The translations under genes and the position numbers were made by a program. The notes beneath the pieces are model-generated. The model saw nothing but the letters and a program-made list of their open reading frames with translations. It had not been told where the DNA came from and did not search any database. A stretch of 64,000 nucleotides of DNA from Dehalococcoidia bacterium (lineage in GTDB: Bacteria; Chloroflexota; Dehalococcoidia; Bin125), in the NCBI GenBank assembly GCA_963663895.2, contig CAXXRD010000003.1:64001-128000 (forward strand). Reading direction: 5' to 3'. Shown here in pieces: positions 57,826 through 64,000 of this stretch (the first letter of the stretch is position 1; each line of letters begins with the position of its first letter).

Positions 57826-58028
57826 GCCACCACTCCTTCCCTGACGGAGCTGAAGTGACAACGAGCCATCGGCTTCGCAGGAGTCGAGCTCTCAACCCGA
57901 AAGAGAACTCACCCTGAAGCCCCGCCACCGGCTGGGAGTGTAATCAAGGGAACGATATGTTTGCAAGCGGATTTACAGGTTGCCGCTCAGCAAGGACAGC
58001 CTGAGCGAAGCGACAGCCGGCCTGCCGC

Positions 58029-58481
58029 TCAGTCGGCGGGCGAATACTCATAGAGCGTGTGGTATTTCTCGCCGCCACGGATCGCTTGACGAAGATCCGC
58101 GCGGTCTAGCTGCTCAAGCTTTTCCAGCGCGGTTCGGCAGTCGCTCAAAGCGGATTCATCGTCCGCACAGCGGCCAAGGATGCGGTCGTAAAGACCAGCC
58201 TGGACGAAGCTGTCGACGCGCCCGCTCCAAGGCAGGAAAACGAAGGAGTCGGGATCGTTGAAGCCAGGCCGAAGCTCGCGAAGCTGGCGAATCCGCTCTT
58301 GGGGAGTGCGCACGGGCGTGACGACGCGGACGTAGGGGCCTGCCGAAGCGGAGCGACGGGCATCGACAAGTAAGCGGTCGGAGAGCCAAGCGAAACCGAC
58401 GACGACCACATCCGCTTCATCAATGACGCGCAAGGCGTCGTCGGAGTCGAAACTGCTGGAGCCTGACGGTTCGGACATCAT
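58029..58481 (-). CDS. Hypothetical protein
   Basis: Protein-like ORF (RLLVDAR, RIRQLRELRPGF, LPWSGRV); TATACT 6 nt before ATG. Confidence 0.7.
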   Translation of the reverse strand: MMSEPSGSSSFDSDDALRVIDEADVVVVGFAWLSDRLLVDARRSASAGPYVRVVTPVRTPQERIRQLRELRPGFNDPDSFVFLPWSGRVDSFVQAGLYDRILGRCADDESALSDCRTALEKLEQLDRADLRQAIRGGEKYHTLYEYSPAD

Positions 58482-58575
58482 GTGGACAGTATACCGCCCG
58501 TCACTCCTCTCAGCCTTGGTGGAGCGCCCCGAAAAAGTTTGACGCTGCGAAGGCAGCACTGCCAGCATTAATTGC

Positions 58576-60153
58576 ATGAGGCCAGGAACGGATGCGCGCA
58601 GTCCCGTGTATGGCTCCCAGGCAATGGCCGCCACCGGCCACCCTGCGGCGACCGCGGCAGCCGTGGAAGTGCTGGCGGAAGGCGGGAACGCGGTCGATGC
58701 CGCGCTTGCGGCCTCGGCAGTGCTTTGTGTGGTGCTCCCCCATATGACTGGGATCGGCGGCGACGGCTTCGTGCAGGTCGTAGAACCGGATGGCCGCGTA
58801 CTTGCCTATAACTCCGGCGGCACGGCGGGCAGCGGGGCGCGACCGGAACGGTACGGGGAAGCGGTCCCTCGCGACGGGCTGGGGTCGGCATGTGTGCCGG
58901 GATTGCCCGATGCGTGGGCAGCGTTGCACGAGGCGCATGGGAGCATGCCCCTTGATCGCTTGTTCGCGCGCGCGGTCGATCTCGCGCGGAATGGGTTCCC
59001 CCTGTCGGCCGGTGTTGCGGGCGCCCTAGCGGAGCACGCAGCACGGCTGGCGAAATCGGCCCCGGCAGCGGCGATCTTCCTAGCGAGCGGCCGCCCACCC
59101 CAGGCCGCCGAGCGGCTGCGCCAGCCCCAATTGGCGCAAACGCTCGAAGCGTTCGCGGCAGGGGGACGCGCCGCGTTCTATGGCGGACCGATCGGTGCGG
59201 AGCTAGCGCTGGCCTTCGCAGAGCAAGCCGCTGGTCTGATCTCCGCCGCCGACCTTCTGGCGCACGAGTGCGTCGTTGGCGAGCCGCTCCGGGCGCCCTA
59301 TAGGGACGTGGTCGTGACCGAGCAGCCCCCCATCTCGCAGGGGCACGTGCTCCTGCAGGAGCTCCTCCTCTTGGAGCCGTTCGACCTGGCCTCGCAGGGA
59401 CACCTCTCCAGCGATTCCATTCACACAATGATCGAGGCCAAGAAGCTGGCGTTCGCCGATCGTTCCGCAGCAGCTGGCGACCCCCGCTTCCTCAGCGTCG
59501 ATTGGGCGGACCTTCTCTCGCCCGAGCGCGCCCGGGATCGTGCGAGGACGATCGATCCGGAGCGCGCGAGCCTACAGTCCACCGCCGACAGTAAGCCCAC
59601 CGACACGACCCAATTCGCAGTTGGGGATCGCGACGGAAGAGCGGTCAGCTTCATCCAAAGCGTGTACCACCCGTTCGGCTGCGCGGCGGTGGCCGGAAAG
59701 ACCGGCGTGCTGCTCAACAATCGCATGGTGGGTTTCAGCCTGACGCCGGGTCACCCGAACGTAATGGCACCAGGCAAGCGGACGGTTCATACACTCAACA
59801 CATTCGCTCTGTTCCGCAACGGCGAATTTTGGCTGGCGGCCGGGACGCCGGGCGCCGACTTCCAGGTGCAAACGAATATGCAGCTCATCACCGGACTCGT
59901 CGATTACGGCCTCAGTCTCCAGGCAGCGATCGACGCGGCACGGTGGGGGCACACCGCAGAGCGTGAAGTCGTGGTGGAGGAACGGATCCCCGCGTCTGCA
60001 CTAGGGGATCTGGAACGGCGCGGGCACGTGCTCCAACGCCAAGGCGACTGGATCCCAGGGCTGGGGTCGGTGCAAGCGGTTGCGCGTCTCCCAAGCGGTG
60101 GCTGGGAGGGCGTCAGTGATCTGCGACGCGAAGGCGCCGCGATCGGTTTCTAA
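58576..60153 (+). CDS. ggt: Gamma-glutamyltransferase
   Basis: GGNAVDAA, GIGGDGF, DTT autocleavage site, LNNR, PGKRT.HT. Confidence 0.92.
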   Translation: MRPGTDARSPVYGSQAMAATGHPAATAAAVEVLAEGGNAVDAALAASAVLCVVLPHMTGIGGDGFVQVVEPDGRVLAYNSGGTAGSGARPERYGEAVPRDGLGSACVPGLPDAWAALHEAHGSMPLDRLFARAVDLARNGFPLSAGVAGALAEHAARLAKSAPAAAIFLASGRPPQAAERLRQPQLAQTLEAFAAGGRAAFYGGPIGAELALAFAEQAAGLISAADLLAHECVVGEPLRAPYRDVVVTEQPPISQGHVLLQELLLLEPFDLASQGHLSSDSIHTMIEAKKLAFADRSAAAGDPRFLSVDWADLLSPERARDRARTIDPERASLQSTADSKPTDTTQFAVGDRDGRAVSFIQSVYHPFGCAAVAGKTGVLLNNRMVGFSLTPGHPNVMAPGKRTVHTLNTFALFRNGEFWLAAGTPGADFQVQTNMQLITGLVDYGLSLQAAIDAARWGHTAEREVVVEERIPASALGDLERRGHVLQRQGDWIPGLGSVQAVARLPSGGWEGVSDLRREGAAIGF

Positions 60154-60254
60154 GCGCGCAAGTCGCTGGGTCGGCGAGAAATGGCCGGTATACTTCGGAA
60201 CGAAGCGCCGACATGCTGCGCTTCGAATAGGCTCGGGACAGAGAGGGAAGCCCG

Positions 60255-61088
60255 ATGCGGCGGTCGCCGATAGCAGTGGCGCAGGGAGCGTCGGAAGAGC
60301 AGCGAAACCTCTATCGCGAGCTGTTCCGACAGCAGAGCGATCGCCTCTGGAACGCGGATCGCGATGTCGACTGGAGCCTCGGACCCAAGATCCCGTCCGA
60401 AAAGCGTGAGCCTTGGCTAAAGCTCGTGAATGTTTTCTACGGACTCGAGTACATGGGCCTCGAAACCATTCAGGTGATGATGAGCAAGGCTACCCATCAA
60501 CTCCGCGACCCTAATCTCAACCTCTACCTGGCCGCCCAGTGCCAGGACGAGGCGCGGCATGCCTACGTGCTGGATCGCTATCTGGAGGCGGCCGACGGGA
60601 AGGGCATGCTCAGCGGGCTGGAATCCGGCCTGATCGACAAGTTCGGCACAATCGCCTCTTTCGGCTTCTTTCGCGTGGAGAATTGGCTGACGTCCACGCT
60701 CTTCAGCGAGAATTTCGCGGCACTGTTCCTGCAGATGAGCCGCGGCCTCCCGGATATCGACCCGCTGGCGGCGGATATCTTCCGATTCATCCTGCGCGAC
60801 GAAGTGCGCCACGTGAACTTCCTGCATACGGTGTTGCCAGGCCTGATTGGGAATCTCTCACGGATAGGACGGATCTACTTGTGGCAGAGCCAGCTCTTGC
60901 TCGTCAGCGCGGTGAGCGTTGGATTGCGGCGAGCGAAGCCGCACGCAGTCGCGATCGGCATTGACATCGAAGAGTTTAAGGACACGCTGACCGGCAATCT
61001 GGACGCACAGTTCCGCGACGCCGGAATCGACGAATTCCTCCAAGCGGCCGCGTACCGACGCGTGATGGATCGCTTTATCCCCACCTAG
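60255..61088 (+). CDS. Ferritin-like di-iron protein
   Basis: Paired E...DEARH and E...DEVRH motifs. Confidence 0.8.
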   Translation: MRRSPIAVAQGASEEQRNLYRELFRQQSDRLWNADRDVDWSLGPKIPSEKREPWLKLVNVFYGLEYMGLETIQVMMSKATHQLRDPNLNLYLAAQCQDEARHAYVLDRYLEAADGKGMLSGLESGLIDKFGTIASFGFFRVENWLTSTLFSENFAALFLQMSRGLPDIDPLAADIFRFILRDEVRHVNFLHTVLPGLIGNLSRIGRIYLWQSQLLLVSAVSVGLRRAKPHAVAIGIDIEEFKDTLTGNLDAQFRDAGIDEFLQAAAYRRVMDRFIPT

Positions 61089-61126
61089 GATTTCGCCCCC
61101 AGCAGGCGATACGGATCGGAGCCACT

Positions 61127-62290
61127 ATGACCGACTTCGCCCTCACCGAGACCGAACGCATGATCAAGAAGGTGGCGCACGACTTCGCCGTCAAAGAGAT
61201 GGCGCCGCGCGCGCTCGAGTACGACGAGCGCGAAGAGTTTCCCTGGGACATCGCGAAGAAGGGCGCGGCTTTGGGCCTGCACGGCGAGCCGCTGGCGGGC
61301 CCAGATCTCGACGAAGGAATTGGAAGCCTGATCATCGGTGAAGAGCTCGCCTGGGGCTGTGGCGGCATGGCGCTCTCGATGCTGGCCGGAGGTCTCGCGG
61401 CGACGGCGATCAACCTGATCGGCACGGAGGAGCAGCGTGATCGCTTCCTTCCAATGGCGCTGCCGCATGACGACGAGTTCCGCATCGGCGCGCTGGCACT
61501 GACGGAATCCGAATCGGGCTCGGACGCCGGAAAGATGAAGACCATCGCCAAGCGCGACGGCGACGATTACATCCTCTACGGCCAGAAGCGCTGGATCACC
61601 GGCGGCGGGATCGCGGACCTCACAGTGGTGTTTGCCACGGAAGACCCGGAGACGGGCTGGAAGGGCGTCTCGGCATTCGCCGTGCCCAAGGAGGCGCCGG
61701 GATTAGAAGAAACGCACGTCTGGAAGAAGATGGGGCTGCGCTGTAGCCACACGGCCGATTTGATGCTCAACGAGGTCCGGGTTCCGGCCGACCACCGGCT
61801 TGGGCCGCCGGGTCCCGAACACCGCAGTGGCGGCCGGGGCGCGCTGGGAACGCTAACCGGCACACGGCCGCAGATCGGGATCATGGCACTCGGGATCGGC
61901 CGTTCGGCGTTCGAGTACGCGGCCACCTTCGCCAAGATGCGTCAGTCGTTTGGACAGCCGATCATTGAGCATCAGGGCGTCGGCTTCATGCTGGCGGACA
62001 TGGACATCGCGCTGGATGCGGCACGACTATTGTGCTGGCGTGCCGGGTGGATGCTGAGCCGCGGCGAGGAGCTCACCCTGGAAGAGGCAAGCAAGGCCAA
62101 GGCCTTTGCAAGCGACGCCGCAATGAAGGTCACCACGGATGCCGTCCAAGTACTCGGCGGCTCCGGTTACATGCGCGATAACCCCGGCGAGAAGTGGATG
62201 CGCGACGCCAAGGTCTTTCAAATCTTTGAGGGAACGAACCAGATTCAACGGCTGACCATCAGCCGCAACATCCAGGCGCGTCAGTTCTAG
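61127..62290 (+). CDS. Acyl-CoA dehydrogenase
   Basis: ALTESESGSDA, GQKRWIT, KMGLR, IFEGTNQIQR. Confidence 0.93.
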   Translation: MTDFALTETERMIKKVAHDFAVKEMAPRALEYDEREEFPWDIAKKGAALGLHGEPLAGPDLDEGIGSLIIGEELAWGCGGMALSMLAGGLAATAINLIGTEEQRDRFLPMALPHDDEFRIGALALTESESGSDAGKMKTIAKRDGDDYILYGQKRWITGGGIADLTVVFATEDPETGWKGVSAFAVPKEAPGLEETHVWKKMGLRCSHTADLMLNEVRVPADHRLGPPGPEHRSGGRGALGTLTGTRPQIGIMALGIGRSAFEYAATFAKMRQSFGQPIIEHQGVGFMLADMDIALDAARLLCWRAGWMLSRGEELTLEEASKAKAFASDAAMKVTTDAVQVLGGSGYMRDNPGEKWMRDAKVFQIFEGTNQIQRLTISRNIQARQF

Positions 62291-62321
62291 GGCACCCGTC
62301 ACTCCTCGGTAGGCTGGCGAC

Positions 62322-62888
62322 ATGGGCGCCCGTTGGGAACGACGCACCAGCGAGTTGCTGGCCGATTACCAATTCTTCCGCGTGCGCCGCGACACCAGCG
62401 TCCACCCACGCCGAGGGTCGTCGCACGAGTTCTACGTGATCGAGTTCCCCGACTGGGTGAACATCCTCCCGATCACGGCGGAGGGGGAGCTGCTCATGGT
62501 GCGGCAGTATCGCCATGGAGCGCGGGAGTCCACGATCGAGATTCCCGGGGGCACGGTTGACGAGGGCGAGTCGCCCAAGGAAGCGGCGCTGCGGGAGCTG
62601 CACGAGGAGACAGGCTGGATCGCAGCGGACGCGGTGGAGCTGGGCTGGGTCTATCCCAATCCGGCGATCTTCGAGAACCGCTGCTATAGCTTTCTGGCCG
62701 AAGGCTTGGATCGGGAGGGCACGCCGCGTGGTGACGATGGAAGTGAAGCGATCGACGCGCTCGTGCGCATACCGTTGACCGAGGTTCCACGACTATTCGC
62801 GGAGGGTCAGATCACGCACGCGCTGACGGTGAGCGCCTTCCAACTGCACGCGCGCTATCACAAGAGGCCGCTCTGGGACGGCGGCTAG
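62322..62888 (+). CDS. NUDIX hydrolase (ADP-ribose pyrophosphatase-like)
   Basis: QYRHG, EIPGG...AALRELHEETG. Confidence 0.9.
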   Translation: MGARWERRTSELLADYQFFRVRRDTSVHPRRGSSHEFYVIEFPDWVNILPITAEGELLMVRQYRHGARESTIEIPGGTVDEGESPKEAALRELHEETGWIAADAVELGWVYPNPAIFENRCYSFLAEGLDREGTPRGDDGSEAIDALVRIPLTEVPRLFAEGQITHALTVSAFQLHARYHKRPLWDGG

Positions 62889-62889
62889 C

Positions 62890-63288
62890 CTAGGCGGAGC
62901 CTGCACCCGGCAGCGACGTGCGCCACTTGGTGATGTCGAAGCTGTCGGGCATCTCGATGCAGACCGTTCGGCATGCGGCGCCGAGGCTGCGGGTGATATG
63001 ACCGCGGCCCGTGACATCCTCGGCGAAGATGATGCCGCCATCGGGAACGCGGACGCTGCTGCCGTCCGCTGCCTCGATCTCGGTTTCGCCGCCCATGTTG
63101 ATGACGAACTGACGGCGCGGGGCATTGTGGTAGCCGAGGCGGAGATCGGCGCGCGTGTCACGAAAGAGCACGCCCGTGGCGCGCTCCAGCCGCGAGACCA
63201 GCCCTACGCCGGAGGACTCTAGGGGAATTTCGACCCGCTCGATCCGCGACTCGCCATCATCCCCCGGGTAGATCCGGATTACTTCCAC
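62890..63288 (-). CDS. Cupin-like protein
   Basis: HNAPRRQFV...EDVTGRGH. Confidence 0.8.
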   Translation of the reverse strand: MEVIRIYPGDDGESRIERVEIPLESSGVGLVSRLERATGVLFRDTRADLRLGYHNAPRRQFVINMGGETEIEAADGSSVRVPDGGIIFAEDVTGRGHITRSLGAACRTVCIEMPDSFDITKWRTSLPGAGSA

Positions 63289-63650
63289 CGTGTGATGTCG
63301 AAGCTGTCGGGCATGATGATGAAGAGCGAGTGGCGGGGGCCAGTGAGGCCGCGACTGATGTGGCCGTGGCCGGTGACGTCTTCGGCGAAGATGATGTCCC
63401 CGTCGCCGATGGTCACCTTCGAGCCATCCGCAACCTCAATTTCGGTTTGGCCACCCATGTTGACGACGAACTGGCGAGCCGGGGCATTGTGGTAGTCCAG
63501 GAAGAAGTCGGCGGGGGTCTCGCGGAAGATCACGCCAGTCACGCCTTCCATCTTGGAAACATGTCCAAGTTCTGAGGCCTCCATCGGCACCTCGATCGTC
63601 TCAAGGTGGGATTCGGTGTCCTCGCCGGTGTAGATTCGGTGAATAATCAT
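63279..63650 (-). CDS. Cupin-like protein (tandem paralog)
   Basis: HNAPARQFV...EDVTGHGH; GAGGAG SD. Confidence 0.85.
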   Translation of the reverse strand: MIIHRIYTGEDTESHLETIEVPMEASELGHVSKMEGVTGVIFRETPADFFLDYHNAPARQFVVNMGGQTEIEVADGSKVTIGDGDIIFAEDVTGHGHISRGLTGPRHSLFIIMPDSFDITRWK

Positions 63651-63761
63651 GCCTGGGCTCCTCGGTCAGGGCGGGGTGTGCGGCTTTCCCGAGGATCATA
63701 GGGGAATTTTCCTGCCCCCGCCGGAGCGGCGCGGTTGATCGGGCGGCTGAGGCGGACGCCT

Positions 63762-64000
63762 TCAGCGCGGGTCGGGCGGCAGGACCCGCACGGTGATGAT
63801 GTCCGTACCGTGGTACTGCTGGTGCGTCACGGAGGCGGCATAGCTCCGCAGCAGCACCAGCGAGAGGTCCTGCTCGACCACGGTCAGCGTGTCGTGCTGC
63901 TGGATCTGCCGGATCTGATCCTCGAGGTTGGCGCCCGTCCCTCCGCCAATGAACTCCAGGTCCGCCGCGGCTCCCTCACTCGAGGCAAGCACCACCAGTT
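63762..64000 (-). CDS. 3' end of a gene that starts beyond the window
   Basis: Open frame from the window edge ending SLVLLRSYAASVTHQQYHGTDIITVRV; product not determinable here. Confidence 0.55.
   Translation of the reverse strand, partial: LVVLASSEGAAADLEFIGGGTGANLEDQIRQIQQHDTLTVVEQDLSLVLLRSYAASVTHQQYHGTDIITVRVLPPDPR

Noticed and set aside
1-64000. CRISPR arrays, tRNA/rRNA genes, prophage, integrase, reverse transcriptase
   Set aside because: None recognised by eye; a tRNAscan/Infernal/CRISPR scan would be needed to exclude short or divergent elements.

Overview
A 64-kb, GC-rich, gene-dense bacterial chromosomal segment with about 65 CDS. No rRNA, tRNA or CRISPR array was seen. The gene content (two F420/LLM oxidoreductases, three SDRs, enoyl-CoA hydratases, acyl-CoA dehydrogenases, a thiolase+DUF35 pair, orphan Tat-exported family-5 solute-binding proteins, DUF3090, GAAC-N4-GTTC boxes) suggests Chloroflexota/Dehalococcoidia (SAR202- or Tepidiformales-like); this is inference. 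Main observations not captured by the ORF track: (1) two UGA-recoded selenoproteins (AhpD/CMD-type CxxU at 17860-18453 and rhodanese YUQGG at 37411-38259) that share a TCCG-stem/GGC-loop SECIS-like hairpin; (2) a near-consensus sigma70 promoter with 2-3 LexA boxes driving an unannotated 73-aa membrane protein upstream of a Crp gene; (3) a 940-bp transposase-less cassette with TIRs and an 8-bp TSD carrying a secreted protein, plus an IS1595-like remnant near 55 kb; (4) a candidate sphingolipid cluster (AUR1/PAP2_3, SPT, reductase, HAD, SRPBCC); (5) an intact DAHP-synthase homolog lacking most catalytic residues; (6) two paralogous CxHHW...CxxC mini zinc proteins with long structured leaders; (7) many apparently leaderless genes. 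All family calls come from motif recognition, not database searches.
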